Below, piece after piece: positions 9,414-19,537 of a DNA stretch of 64,000 bases. The first letter of the stretch is position 1. Each line of letters begins with the position of its first letter. The notes under the pieces were generated by a model. The model made no database searches. It was given only the letters and a program-made list of their open reading frames with translations, and had not been told where the DNA came from. The position numbers and the translations under genes were made by a program. Source of the stretch: Pseudomonadota bacterium (lineage in GTDB: Bacteria; Bdellovibrionota; FAC87; UBA2466); assembly GCA_031425635.1 (NCBI GenBank), contig JANPJT010000221.1:559-64558 (forward strand), given 5' to 3'.

Positions 9414-11834
9414 GTGGGAATCCCGAAAAACTTGACGCCAATGCTCGTGCAGTACCTTGCGATGAAACGCGAGCACCCCGACTCCATCCTCTTTTATCGA
9501 ATGGGGGATTTTTATGAGATGTTCTTTGAAGACGCTATTGCTGCGGCCCCTATTTTAGAAGTGCAGCTCACGTCGCGAGATAAGAACGCAGAGGACCCCA
9601 TACCCATGTGTGGCGTGCCCCACCACTCGGCCCTCGGGTATATTCAAAAGCTCCTTGCCCACGGTTTTAAAGTAGCTCTGTGCGAACAAGTGGAAGATCC
9701 GACTAAAGCGCAGGGGCTCGTAAAGCGAGAAGTGATTCGAGTGCTGACCCCGGCTTTGGTGGGCGATCCGGATCTCGTTCGAGAAGACCAAAAGGCTTTG
9801 CTCTTGGCGGTAAAGCCCACCGACCGCGGGTTTGAGCTCTGCCTTTTAGATCTTTTCGCCAGCGAAATACGCTTGGGCAGAGCCCTTTCTCTGGAATCGC
9901 TCGCGGAAGTGGTGAGGGAGTTTCAGCCCAAAGAAGTGCTGCTGCCGTCCGAGGTCCCGTCTAGCGTCGAAACCCTCTTTTCCGCGTGCTTGGTAACAAA
10001 ACGGGACACTTTCGGATCGGCAGAGGAAGCTTTAAAGCGCTACGGCGAAGAGTCCCTCAAGGCGAGGCTTCCCAGCTTAAGCGTTGGGCCGGCCCTTTTT
10101 GGAAGTGATGCGCTGGTTTTAGACAGTGTGACTCTCTCCTCGCTGGAAGTGACCAAAGCGAATTCGGAGGGCGGGGTATCTCTCAGTGATGCTCTCAATT
10201 TGACCGGTACTTCGATGGGCAAACGGCTTTTGAAAGACTGGCTTTCTCGCCCTTCGCGCCGCGCAGAGGTGATTGAAGATCGGCTCGACGCAGTTCAAAG
10301 TTTTCTCGATCGCCGAGACACTGCGGATCTCGTTCGCAGCAGTCTTTCAAACCTGCGAGATTTGGAGCGCCTCGCAACGAAAACCGCTTTAGGTCTCGCC
10401 ATGCCGCGTGACCTTGTTTCAATCCGTGATGCGTTATTGCGCTTGCCTGCCCTTAAAGCGTGCTTGCTGCACTCCGAGTCTCGATCGATCTCTCAGCGTG
10501 GCGCGCGTCTAAAGCCTTTAGAGGCCTTAGCGAATTATTTGCAGCGGGCTTTGGAGGACTTACCCCCCGCCGTTTTTCGTGAGGGCGGTATTTTTAGACC
10601 CGAGTTTGATCCGCGGATCGCCGAGTGCCGCGCTCTGGTGCACGATGCAAAGAGCACGCTTGCGGCAATGGAAGATCGGGAGCGTGCTCGCACCGGCATC
10701 GCCTCTTTGAAAATTAAATTCAGTCGGGTCTTTGGCTACACGATCGAAGTGACGACGAGCCATCTTTCCAAAGTCCCCAAAGAGTATATTCGCAAACAGA
10801 CCATCTCGACCGGCGAACGATTCATCACGGAAGAACTCAAAAACTTTGAAGAGAAAGCCCTAACTGCAGAACACCGAGGCAAGGCGCTAGAGGAAAGTCT
10901 CTTTCTGGAGATCCGGAACCAAGTCGCCGCGGAGGCCCCTGCCCTTTTAGAAAACGCCCGGGTGCTGGCGGAGATCGATGTGCTGCAAAGTTTTGCTCGG
11001 ACGGCCCAGACCCTCGGCTACACTCGCCCCACTTTTCAGGCCGGCGGGCTTTTGGACATTGAAGACGGGCGGCACCCCGTGGTGGAGACGCTTCTTAAAG
11101 CAGGGACTTTCGTGCCGAACTCGGTCCGGCTCTGCCCCGAGTCGGCCCGAACCCTTATCCTCACAGGCCCCAACATGGGCGGTAAGTCCACGATCATGCG
11201 CCAGGTCGCGCTCATCTGCTTGCTTGCCCAGGCCGGCAGTTTCGTCCCGGCGTCCCGGGCGACCCTCCCGCTGCTCGACGCCATTTTCACTCGAATAGGC
11301 AGCTCCGACGACCTGGCCCGGGGCCAATCCACCTTCATGGTTGAAATGACCGAAGTGGCTCGCATTTTAAAGACCGCCACGGTGGATAGTTTGGTGATCA
11401 TTGATGAAATTGGCAGGGGCACGAGCACTTACGACGGGCTATCGTTAGCGTGGTCGCTTTTGGAGTATCTGCACCTCCACGTCCGGGCGAAAACACTTTT
11501 TGCGACCCACTTTCACGAAATGAGCGCGCTGGAAAATACTCTGCCTGGTGTGAAAAACGCCAGCGTGTTGGTGGAAAAGTGGAAGGATAGCATCGTTTTC
11601 CTTTATAAATTGGGCGCGGGCGTTTGTGGCCGAAGCTATGGAATTGAAGTCGCCAAACTCGCTGGATTGCCAAGCGAGGTTTTAGTCCGGGCGCGTCAAA
11701 TCCAAGGGCATTTGGAGTCCGAGTCCCAGCGATCCTCGAGAACCCGGTCTACGTCTTTGGCCCCTATGTCGGGGCAGCTCGCGTTTTTTGAAGAAAGTGG
11801 ACCGCCCGATAAGCCCAGCCCGCTTGACGCTTAG
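9414..11834 (+). CDS. mutS: DNA mismatch repair protein MutS
   Basis: N-terminus 'TPMLVQYLAMKREHPDSILFYRMGDFYEMFFEDA' is the canonical MutS domain I. Walker A 'GPNMGGKSTIMRQ'. C-terminal 'IDEIGRGTSTYDGLSLAW' and 'TLFATHFHEM'. 806 aa. Confidence 0.92.
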   Translation: MGIPKNLTPMLVQYLAMKREHPDSILFYRMGDFYEMFFEDAIAAAPILEVQLTSRDKNAEDPIPMCGVPHHSALGYIQKLLAHGFKVALCEQVEDPTKAQGLVKREVIRVLTPALVGDPDLVREDQKALLLAVKPTDRGFELCLLDLFASEIRLGRALSLESLAEVVREFQPKEVLLPSEVPSSVETLFSACLVTKRDTFGSAEEALKRYGEESLKARLPSLSVGPALFGSDALVLDSVTLSSLEVTKANSEGGVSLSDALNLTGTSMGKRLLKDWLSRPSRRAEVIEDRLDAVQSFLDRRDTADLVRSSLSNLRDLERLATKTALGLAMPRDLVSIRDALLRLPALKACLLHSESRSISQRGARLKPLEALANYLQRALEDLPPAVFREGGIFRPEFDPRIAECRALVHDAKSTLAAMEDRERARTGIASLKIKFSRVFGYTIEVTTSHLSKVPKEYIRKQTISTGERFITEELKNFEEKALTAEHRGKALEESLFLEIRNQVAAEAPALLENARVLAEIDVLQSFARTAQTLGYTRPTFQAGGLLDIEDGRHPVVETLLKAGTFVPNSVRLCPESARTLILTGPNMGGKSTIMRQVALICLLAQAGSFVPASRATLPLLDAIFTRIGSSDDLARGQSTFMVEMTEVARILKTATVDSLVIIDEIGRGTSTYDGLSLAWSLLEYLHLHVRAKTLFATHFHEMSALENTLPGVKNASVLVEKWKDSIVFLYKLGAGVCGRSYGIEVAKLAGLPSEVLVRARQIQGHLESESQRSSRTRSTSLAPMSGQLAFFEESGPPDKPSPLDA

Positions 11835-11852
11835 GGAGGCGGAAGAACAGCG

Positions 11853-11881
11853 TTGACAGAATTTTTTGCTGAAATTTTAAT
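11853..11881 (+). promoter_or_regulatory. Sigma70-like promoter (TTGACA, 17-nt spacer, TTTAAT) facing the trmJ-like/grpE/dnaJ genes
   Basis: -35 TTGACA at 11853-11858, a 17-nt spacer, then TTTAAT at 11876-11881. Sits in the mutS-trmJ intergenic region. Confidence 0.45.
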
Positions 11882-11907
11882 GCTTTCCAGCGAAGCGTGC
11901 GCATAAA

Positions 11908-11934
11908 AAGTTATCCACAGGCTGTGGATAACTT
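11908..11934. promoter_or_regulatory. Perfect inverted pair of DnaA boxes (TTATCCACA ... TGTGGATAA) just downstream of the -10 element
   Basis: AAGTTATCCACAGGCTGTGGATAACTT is a 27-bp perfect palindrome containing two consensus 9-mer DnaA boxes (11911-11919 and 11924-11932). Confidence 0.55.
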
Positions 11935-12052
11935 CCTGTTTAAACCATTAGCGCACCGCAGTAATTGTTTTCCCCTCTTGGTATGGGCTTCCAAATAAGG
12001 TATTAAATCCACTCCATTTTCTAGGTGTGACCCTCTTGGCGGCAGGCAGGTT

Positions 12053-12910
12053 TTGGCTACTGAACCTATTGAAAATTTTGTCCACAGCTCTTGTGAATGG
12101 ATGCGCGAACGCATCCATGCAGTCTTGGTCCGTCCGGAGTACGGAGGAAATGTCGGTTCGGCCGCGAGGGCGCTGGCCAATATGGGGATCCAAAGCCCGC
12201 TCCGGATCGTGGGAACTTCGGAGGTGCTCGACGCTTCAAGCTGGCGGATGGCAAAGCACGCCCGGCACCGGCTTGAAAATGCGCTCTATTTTTCTTCCCT
12301 TTTTGAAGCGGCGAAGCTGGGCGAACGCGGCGAGCAATACCAGCCCCTCCTCCTTGCCACAACGGCGCGTGCGGGGTCTGCCAATCGGCCGCACCCTTTG
12401 CGAGTAGATGTCGCAGTGCACCGAGCGTTGGGGAAGTTGGATCGCAAGGAAATTACCGACCTTTTTCTGGTTTTTGGCACGGAGAGCGACGGGCTTTCCA
12501 ACGAGGACATCCAGCTGTGTGATTGGATCGTGACCATTCCTTCTTCGGACGAGTACCCGTCCTTGAATTTGTCGCAAGCGGTCCTACTCTTAAGTTATGA
12601 AGTCAATCGAGCGATGACACCCGAAGCGCAGGAGTTTCGGTCGGAATCGATGTCCCAAAGGGACCGTTTGATTGCCCATTTTTTGGGATTGGCGGAAGCC
12701 AGCGGTTTTGTGCTGCCAGGGGATCCACATAAAATGCGGCCTCGGCTCGAGGAAATTTTAAGCCAGCTACCGCCCTATGTGAAGGACGTCAGCACGTTGC
12801 ACGGCCTCTTAGGCCAAGCAATTCGGAGCTTGAAGGCGAGTGGGCCGGAATATAAAGGGCGGTACCGCCATTTGGTGGAAACCCGATCGAATGTAAAGGA
12901 AGTGCCATGA
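12053..12910 (+). CDS. TrmH/SpoU-family RNA 2'-O-methyltransferase (TrmJ-like)
   Basis: 'AVLVRPEYGGNVGSAARALANMGI...LRIVG' matches the TrmJ N-terminal motif 'VLVEPSHPGNIGAAARAMKNMG'. The C-terminal region carries 'FGTESDGLSNE' and 'IPSSDEYPSLNLSQAV', a SPOUT-like knot segment. The start could instead be an internal ATG. Confidence 0.7.
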   Translation: MATEPIENFVHSSCEWMRERIHAVLVRPEYGGNVGSAARALANMGIQSPLRIVGTSEVLDASSWRMAKHARHRLENALYFSSLFEAAKLGERGEQYQPLLLATTARAGSANRPHPLRVDVAVHRALGKLDRKEITDLFLVFGTESDGLSNEDIQLCDWIVTIPSSDEYPSLNLSQAVLLLSYEVNRAMTPEAQEFRSESMSQRDRLIAHFLGLAEASGFVLPGDPHKMRPRLEEILSQLPPYVKDVSTLHGLLGQAIRSLKASGPEYKGRYRHLVETRSNVKEVP

Positions 12911-13419
12911 ACTCAGAAGAAACGAAAGAACCGATGGAAACAGGGGATAGCGCCGCTCCGGAAGCCGAGTCGCCTGAAAGTAAGCTCCGCTCGGAAATGC
13001 TCTACTTGCGCGCCGAATTTGAGAACACCAAGCGAAGGCTCCTTCGGGAGCAGGAAAGCTCTATTCGGTTTGCTAACGACAGAATGGTCGGCGAGCTTTT
13101 AAATGTCGTGGATATGTTCGAACGCGCTCTGCAGTCTGGGTCAGCGTTGAAGAGCCACGAAAGCGAAGAAGTGAAATCCTTTGCCAAGGGGATCGAAATG
13201 ACGCACCGGGAATTGGTACACCTGTTTACTCGGTTTGGAGCGGAGCTCATTGGGCAGGTAGGCGAAAAATTCAATCCTGCGCAGCATGAAGCGGTTGCTC
13301 AAGGCCCGGCTGAACCGGATCTAGTCGATTGCGTGACGGCCGTAGCCCAACGCGGCTGCGTTTTACACGGTCGGCTTCTAAAGCCCGCTAAAGTCGTTGT
13401 AGGCATTGCCAAGAGCTAG
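12907..13419 (+). CDS. grpE: Nucleotide exchange factor GrpE
   Basis: 170 aa. '[17 protein letters not shown]...[19 protein letters not shown]' is the typical GrpE coiled-coil/four-helix region. ATGA overlap with the preceding gene. Confidence 0.85.
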   Translation: MNSEETKEPMETGDSAAPEAESPESKLRSEMLYLRAEFENTKRRLLREQESSIRFANDRMVGELLNVVDMFERALQSGSALKSHESEEVKSFAKGIEMTHRELVHLFTRFGAELIGQVGEKFNPAQHEAVAQGPAEPDLVDCVTAVAQRGCVLHGRLLKPAKVVVGIAKS

Positions 13420-13426
13420 GGGAAGT

Positions 13427-14518
13427 ATGGCAAAGCGCGATTACTACGAAACGTTGGGCGTTTCCCGCCAGGCTGGCGAGGACGAACTGAAAAGAGCTTA
13501 CCGCAAGCTCGCAATCCAGTGCCACCCCGATAGAAACCCAGGGAACCAAGAAGCCGAGAGCCAGTTCAAAGAACTGAACGAAGCTTACCAAGTGCTGAGC
13601 GATCCCAAGAAACGCGCTGCGTATGACCAGTTTGGCCACGCTGGAGTAGGCGGCGGGTCTGGTTTCGAAAGCGGCTTTAACGGCTCGTTCTCGGATATTT
13701 TCGATAATATTTTTGGCGATATTTTCGGCGGTGGCTCCGGCCCTCAGGCGGGAATTGATCTTCGCTACAGCATGGACATTACTTTCGAAGAAGCGGCTTT
13801 CGGCACAGAGAAGTCCATCAGTTTCGAGCGTGAGAGCTCGTGCGGGACGTGTAGCGGGAGCGGAGCGAAGGCCGGAACCCAGCCGGCAAAGTGTAAGACC
13901 TGCCGCGGCTCGGGCCAGATGCACTTCAACCAAGGGTTTTTTACCCTCTCTCGAACCTGTTCCACGTGCCAAGGCCGAGGCGCGGTGATCGAAGAAGTCT
14001 GCGAAAAGTGCCGCGGGAAAGGCAGAGTTAAAACGCCCTCTACGGTCCAAGTGAAGATCCCTGCCGGCATTGACACCGATCAGCGGTTGAGGCTGCGCGG
14101 CGAAGGCGAGGCGGGTAGCCCTGGCGGAAAAACAGGAGACCTTTACGTCCACGTGCGTGTTGCTGAGCACCCTCTGTTTCGACGAGAGAACGAACATTTA
14201 ATCCTCTCGCTTCCGATTAGCTTTGTACAAGCCGCGTTGGGGGCTAAGATTGAAATCCCTACCCTCGACGGTTCGGCTGAACTGAGCGTTCCGGCCGGCA
14301 CCCAATCGGGGGAAGTATTGAAGCTGCGCGGTAAGGGAATACGCCGGCTGAACGGCAATGGGAGCGGCGATCTGATTGTCCAAGTGCTAGTCGAAACTCC
14401 AAGTAAACTGAGCGGGCGTCAGAAAGACTTGCTCAAGCAGTTTGCCGAAGAGGAAAACAAAGGGACTCACCCGGGCATGGATCGCTTTCTCCAAAAATTT
14501 AAAGAGATGCTCAAGTGA
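13427..14518 (+). CDS. dnaJ: Chaperone DnaJ
   Basis: J-domain '[34 protein letters not shown]', a G/F-rich linker, and four CxxCxGxG zinc-finger repeats ('CGTCSGSG', 'CKTCRGSG', 'CSTCQGRG', 'CEKCRGKG'). Start at ATG 13427 (MAKRDYY). Confidence 0.92.
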   Translation: MAKRDYYETLGVSRQAGEDELKRAYRKLAIQCHPDRNPGNQEAESQFKELNEAYQVLSDPKKRAAYDQFGHAGVGGGSGFESGFNGSFSDIFDNIFGDIFGGGSGPQAGIDLRYSMDITFEEAAFGTEKSISFERESSCGTCSGSGAKAGTQPAKCKTCRGSGQMHFNQGFFTLSRTCSTCQGRGAVIEEVCEKCRGKGRVKTPSTVQVKIPAGIDTDQRLRLRGEGEAGSPGGKTGDLYVHVRVAEHPLFRRENEHLILSLPISFVQAALGAKIEIPTLDGSAELSVPAGTQSGEVLKLRGKGIRRLNGNGSGDLIVQVLVETPSKLSGRQKDLLKQFAEEENKGTHPGMDRFLQKFKEMLK

Positions 14519-16461
14519 AACCACTCTCATACGCAGTGCTTTTTCTGATCTTCCTGTCCGGTTGCGCGTCGACGCAGCCTGCTTCGGTTTCACTGCAAGA
14601 CGATGCCGGGATGAAAGCGACTCAAGTGGAGCCAAAAGCGCGGGCTGCTTTTAACCAAGCAGAGCGTTTCTTTCGCGCGAAGAAGTTTAAAAATGCGATG
14701 GATAGCTACCGCGGGATAAAAATGCGGTACCCGGGCGGCGCGGCGAGCCAGATTTCGTCGTACCGTATTGGAAGTCTTTTTTACGCGACGGGCAACTACG
14801 CGCAGGCTTCGGCCGAATTTCAATCTTTTCTAGCGGCTTACCCAAACTCCGATCTGGCCTTCGATGTGATTTATAATCTAGCCGCTAGTGAGTACCAACA
14901 GAGGCATTACGACAAAGCGCTCGAGACATTGCGCACTTTACCCGCCGATACGGTCAGGGCCCAAGGGCCCAGGCGATCCGAAGTGGTTTACCAGCTTGGC
15001 GTAGATGCGGCCATTGCTCTTGGAAACCGATCGGTTGCCGTGTCGTACGCAGCGCAGCACTTGCAGCTCCCTCTGGAAGAAACAAAGCGTGGCCAGGCTG
15101 AAGCGGCCGTTGCTTCGCAGCTCGCGCAAATGAACTCTCCGGAAGAGCTGACGCTGCTCCTTTCTCAGGTTTCCGAACCAACGACGCGGTCTAAAATTAG
15201 CGATCGCTTGGCGGCGCTCTCTTCGAGCGCCACGCCTGCCCCTTCCACCGGGCTCGCGGCGGCCCCCACGATTGCAGCGCTTTCTGCCGCTCCGGAAACG
15301 CAGCTCGTCGCGGCGTCCACGGGCGACAAGACGCATATTGGTGTAGTGCTGCCTCTTTCGGGCTCCAATGCCCAATACGGAAAGCGGGCTTTGGACGGCG
15401 TTTTGCTGGCGGCAGGGGTTTACAACACAAGTTCGAGCAGCGATATCGAGCTATTCATTGAGGATTCCTATTCAACTCCCGCTGGAGCATCGGAGGCGGT
15501 GGAGAGGCTCGTGCGAGAGCACGGAGTGATCGCAATCCTAGGCCCGATTAGTTGGAAAGAATCCCTTGCTGCCGGAGAACGGGCGCAGGCAATGGGAGTT
15601 TTGAATTTATCTTTGACTGGAAAAGAAGGGCTTTCTCAACGCGGCGCTTACCTTTTTCAGAACGCTTTGACCCCGCGGATCCAAATGGAGAACCTGGTTA
15701 AACACTGCATCCAAGAAAAACGTTTCAAACGCTTTGCTATCCTGGCCCCGCGCAATGCGTTCGGCGATGACATGGCTTCTGAGTTTTCCGCCGTTGCAAA
15801 ACGGTTGGGCGGTCAGGTGGTTGGTTTAGAAACCTACGACCCGGAAGCAAAAGACTTTCAAGACCCGGTACAACGGCTTGCGGGAGTTGCCGACCCTCGC
15901 TACCGGCGCATGGAGTCCGCTAAACTAGACACGTTCATCAAGGAACAAGCGGCGAAATCCAAGCGCCCTTCGAAAGCGAGGCTTCCGCCCATCGTGGATT
16001 TCGACGCAGTGTTTATTCCGGACGGCCCGCGCGCGGTTGCCCAAATCGCCGCGAGTTTAGCGTACTTCGACGTCGCAGGCGTTTCTCTGCTGGGCACCAC
16101 AGAATGGAATAGCGACCTACTCTACCAGCGCGGTGGAAGGCTTGTGGAAGGCGCGCTTTTTCCGGGTGGCCTGTCGCTCAGCGGCAATAACCCCACGCAG
16201 AAAGAGTTTGTGAGGGCGTTCTCGGAAGCCTACAACGGCATGCCTGATTTGCTTTCCGCTCAGGCTTTCGAAGGCACTTTAATCCTTGCCCGGGTTGCTG
16301 CAGCGAGCGGTGGTAACCGTAACTCTGCGGTGAATGAAATGATGGGGCTTGGGCGTTTTGAAAGCCCTCTTGGCGCGCTGAGTTTTGATGCATCTCGGAT
16401 TGCGATGCGCATTCTTCCCATCTTTACCTTAGCCCCTGGTGGCAACATTGTAGAGCAGTAG
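14515..16461 (+). CDS. LpoA-like lipoprotein: N-terminal TPR domain plus C-terminal type-I periplasmic-binding-protein fold (candidate PBP activator)
   Basis: Lipobox '[10 protein letters not shown]'. TPR-like N-terminal helices. C-terminal '[28 protein letters not shown]...[13 protein letters not shown]' resembles the LivJ/LpoA PBP1 fold. Confidence 0.55.
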   Translation: MKPLSYAVLFLIFLSGCASTQPASVSLQDDAGMKATQVEPKARAAFNQAERFFRAKKFKNAMDSYRGIKMRYPGGAASQISSYRIGSLFYATGNYAQASAEFQSFLAAYPNSDLAFDVIYNLAASEYQQRHYDKALETLRTLPADTVRAQGPRRSEVVYQLGVDAAIALGNRSVAVSYAAQHLQLPLEETKRGQAEAAVASQLAQMNSPEELTLLLSQVSEPTTRSKISDRLAALSSSATPAPSTGLAAAPTIAALSAAPETQLVAASTGDKTHIGVVLPLSGSNAQYGKRALDGVLLAAGVYNTSSSSDIELFIEDSYSTPAGASEAVERLVREHGVIAILGPISWKESLAAGERAQAMGVLNLSLTGKEGLSQRGAYLFQNALTPRIQMENLVKHCIQEKRFKRFAILAPRNAFGDDMASEFSAVAKRLGGQVVGLETYDPEAKDFQDPVQRLAGVADPRYRRMESAKLDTFIKEQAAKSKRPSKARLPPIVDFDAVFIPDGPRAVAQIAASLAYFDVAGVSLLGTTEWNSDLLYQRGGRLVEGALFPGGLSLSGNNPTQKEFVRAFSEAYNGMPDLLSAQAFEGTLILARVAAASGGNRNSAVNEMMGLGRFESPLGALSFDASRIAMRILPIFTLAPGGNIVEQ

Positions 16462-16576
16462 ACAGGCTGTCCTTTCTTTCCCGAGAGTGCTACAATTAAG
16501 TCAGTTATTCACTTCGCAGTTTAGTCGAAACTTTCCCTAAAACGAGCAGTTCACATTTAAGTGGAGCCAAAGCCTT

Positions 16577-16939
16577 ATGAAAAAGAAGGATCTCTCCAAG
16601 TTTGCGGAACTTTTGCGCTCTGAGAAGGCGCGGATTCTCAACCATACTGAGAAAGTCCGAAAAGAAGATTTGACGCTGAGCACGGACGATCTAGCCGATG
16701 AAGTGGATTTAGCATCGTCCGAGCTCAATCAAAGCGTCAGCCTTCGCCTGCGCGACAGAGAGCGTACAGTGCTCTTAAAAATCGAAGAAGCCCTGGTAAA
16801 AATTGAAGAAGGTACTTACGGCGTATGTGAATCTTGCGAAGATCCTATTGAAGCAAAACGCCTCATGATCCAGCCTATTGCGGAACTCTGCATTCGATGC
16901 AAAGAAGCACAAGAACTCCAAGACAAGGCATTCGCTTAA
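16577..16939 (+). CDS. DksA/TraR-family C4 zinc-finger protein
   Basis: 120 aa. Coiled-coil N-terminus. C-terminal 'CESCEDPIEAKRLMIQPIAELCIRC' is the DksA/TraR four-cysteine finger. Confidence 0.75.
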   Translation: MKKKDLSKFAELLRSEKARILNHTEKVRKEDLTLSTDDLADEVDLASSELNQSVSLRLRDRERTVLLKIEEALVKIEEGTYGVCESCEDPIEAKRLMIQPIAELCIRCKEAQELQDKAFA

Positions 16940-16976
16940 ACACCCCACTGCAGGGTGTCTTCAGCCGCTAAAAAAA

Positions 16977-17008
16977 CTCCCTTTTCGTTCTCAAGGAACT
17001 CCCCACTT
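16977..17008 (+). promoter_or_regulatory. Possible sigma32 (heat-shock) promoter upstream of lon
   Basis: 'CTCCCTTTTCG' (partial -35 CCCTTGAA-like), a 13-nt spacer, then 'CCCCACTT' (matches -10 CCCCATNT). About 60 nt upstream of the lon ATG. A weak match by eye. Confidence 0.3.
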
Positions 17009-17068
17009 CAGCCGATCCAATAGGCAAGGCGCTAGAGCCGATCCTAAACCCCTAGCTGAAGGTGAATC

Positions 17069-19525
17069 ATGGCAAACGAGTTCTCGGACAACGAAGAACT
17101 TGTCATTCCCGACGAACTACCTCTCCTCCCGGTGCGGGACGTGGTGGTTTACCCGTATATGATCCTGCCCCTGTTTGTGGGACGAGATCCTTCTATTCGG
17201 GCAGTCAACGATGCGCTGGCAAAAGATCGCCTGATATTTTTGGCGGCGCAGCGGGAAATCACTGACGAAAACCCGTCAGCGGAATCCATCTACACCGTAG
17301 GCACCATTGCCATGATCATGCGGATGCGCAAGCTCCCCGATGGTCGCGTCAAGATTCTCGTGCAAGGTCTGACTAAAGGGACGGTACAAGATTTCACCCA
17401 AGACAAGCCGTTTTTCAAAGCGCACATAAAACAAATCAAAGAAACCGGAGCCACTCGCGACAACGTCGAAGTTGAAGCGATGATGCGGACGGTAAAAGAG
17501 CAGCTGGAGAAAGTGATCTCCATGGGCCGAATGCTCTCGCCCGATATCCTCATGGTAGTGGACGACATTACCGATGCGGGCAGGCTTGCGGACTTAGTGG
17601 CCAGCAACTTAGGCCTCAAAGTGAACGAAGGCCAAGAAATCCTAGAACTTTTTGATCCAGTAGATCGCCTTCGAAGAGTGAACGACATTCTCGTCAAAGA
17701 ACTTGAAGTGCTGGCGATGCAGGCCAGGATCCGCTCGCAAGCTCGCGATGAAATGACGAAAAGCCAGCGAGAGTATTTCTTGCGGGAACAAATCCGAGCT
17801 ATCAAATCCGAACTGGGTGATACCGAGACAAAAAGCGAAGAAGTGCAAGAGCTTCGAAATAAAGTCGAGCTTGCAAAAATGCCCGACGAAGTGCGCGAAG
17901 AGGCGCTGAAGCAAATCGGCCGTTTAGAGCGCATGCACCAGGACGCGAGCGAAGCGACCATCGTCCGCACGTACCTTGATTGGCTCACGGATTTACCGTG
18001 GGGAAAAGTTTCCGAAGATACCATTGATCTCAAAATGGCTCATAAAATCCTAGATGAAGATCATTTGGATCTACAAAAGATCAAAGAACGGATCCTTGAG
18101 TTCTTGGCTGTGCGCAAGCTCAAGCCAAAAATGAAAGGTCCGATTCTTTGTTTTGTAGGCCCTCCGGGTGTTGGTAAAACAAGCTTAGGAAAGTCGATTG
18201 CTCGCGCAATGAACCGCAAGTTTGTTCGCATTTCTTTGGGCGGCGTGCGGGATGAAGCAGATATCCGCGGGCACCGAAGAACCTACGTGGGCGCTATGCC
18301 GGGCCGTTTGATCCAGGCGCTTAAGCAGGCTGGGACCAGCAACCCCATCGTCATGCTCGACGAAATCGACAAGCTCGGGGCAGACTTTAGAGGGGATCCC
18401 GCTTCGGCGCTTCTCGAGGTGCTGGATCCGGAACAGAACTTCAGTTTCCGAGATCATTACCTGAATCTGCCGTACGATCTTTCCAACATCATGTTTATTG
18501 CGACGGCGAATTTGATGGATCCCGTTCCTTCGGCGCTTAAAGATCGAATGGAAGTGATTCAGCTCTCAGGCTATAGCCAAGAAGAGAAAATCAAGATCGC
18601 TGAAAAGTTCTTGATTCCAAAACAGATCGAAGAAAATGGCCTGAAACCTGACGAAGTGGAGTTTGCAGATAGCGCTGTAGCTCGCATCGTGGATGAGTAC
18701 ACCCAAGAAGCAGGGCTTCGTAACTTGGAGCGGTTCATCGCTTCGGTTTGCCGGAAAGCGGCTCGAAAAGTCGCCAATGACGAGACCAAAGGAGAGAAGC
18801 AGGTTATCAGCAGCGCTTCGATCCCCAAGCTCCTCGGGCCACCGCGGTTCATTCCTGAAGATGAGCGGAAGCACGATGAAATCGGAGTCGTTACGGGCCT
18901 CGCGTGGACACAATTTGGAGGCGAAATCCTCAATATTGAGACCACGATGATGCGTAAAGCCGGAGGCGGTCTGGTTCTCACGGGCTCACTGGGCGACGTG
19001 ATGAAAGAGTCGGCTCACGCGGCGCTGAGTTACATCCGTAGCAAAGCGGTATCTTTCGGGATCGACGAGAAAATTTTCGCCGAGTTCGAAATCCACGTTC
19101 ACGTACCGCAAGGCGCTATCCCAAAGGACGGCCCGTCTGCGGGAGTCACCATCGCCACTGCTTTGATTTCGCTTCTTACGGGTAATCCCGTTCGAAGGGA
19201 TGTAGCGATGACGGGTGAAGTGACGCTTCGAGGGAAAGTCCTTCCCATCGGCGGCGTGAAAGAGAAAACGCTTGCGGCCCTTCGGCACGGGATCAAACAC
19301 ATTATTGTGCCGGAGAAGAACCATAAGGATCTTTACGATGTTCCAAAAGAGCTTCGTAAGAAAATAAAGTTCTACTTCGCGAAAGACGTCACGGACGCTT
19401 TGGAGCATGCGCTCCTGAACGATCCGAAAGAGTGGGCGAAACATGTGCCCAAAGCCAATGATCCAGCTCTTTCCGGTTCGACCGCGACCGTACGAACGGC
19501 TAAGACTGTCGAGCGCGCGGCTTAA
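17069..19525 (+). CDS. lon: ATP-dependent Lon protease
   Basis: 818 aa. Lon N-domain ('LPLLPVRDVVVYPYMILPLFVGR'). Walker A 'GPPGVGKTSLGKSIA'. Proteolytic site 'DGPSAGVTIATALIS' with the catalytic Ser and a downstream Lys. Confidence 0.95.
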   Translation: MANEFSDNEELVIPDELPLLPVRDVVVYPYMILPLFVGRDPSIRAVNDALAKDRLIFLAAQREITDENPSAESIYTVGTIAMIMRMRKLPDGRVKILVQGLTKGTVQDFTQDKPFFKAHIKQIKETGATRDNVEVEAMMRTVKEQLEKVISMGRMLSPDILMVVDDITDAGRLADLVASNLGLKVNEGQEILELFDPVDRLRRVNDILVKELEVLAMQARIRSQARDEMTKSQREYFLREQIRAIKSELGDTETKSEEVQELRNKVELAKMPDEVREEALKQIGRLERMHQDASEATIVRTYLDWLTDLPWGKVSEDTIDLKMAHKILDEDHLDLQKIKERILEFLAVRKLKPKMKGPILCFVGPPGVGKTSLGKSIARAMNRKFVRISLGGVRDEADIRGHRRTYVGAMPGRLIQALKQAGTSNPIVMLDEIDKLGADFRGDPASALLEVLDPEQNFSFRDHYLNLPYDLSNIMFIATANLMDPVPSALKDRMEVIQLSGYSQEEKIKIAEKFLIPKQIEENGLKPDEVEFADSAVARIVDEYTQEAGLRNLERFIASVCRKAARKVANDETKGEKQVISSASIPKLLGPPRFIPEDERKHDEIGVVTGLAWTQFGGEILNIETTMMRKAGGGLVLTGSLGDVMKESAHAALSYIRSKAVSFGIDEKIFAEFEIHVHVPQGAIPKDGPSAGVTIATALISLLTGNPVRRDVAMTGEVTLRGKVLPIGGVKEKTLAALRHGIKHIIVPEKNHKDLYDVPKELRKKIKFYFAKDVTDALEHALLNDPKEWAKHVPKANDPALSGSTATVRTAKTVERAA

Positions 19526-19537
19526 CGACGGATGTCC

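Noticed and set aside
11908-11934. DnaA-box pair considered as a chromosomal origin (oriC)
   Set aside because: Only one box pair. No AT-rich 13-mer DUE array and no dnaA/dnaN/gidA nearby. A promoter-proximal regulatory site is the simpler reading.
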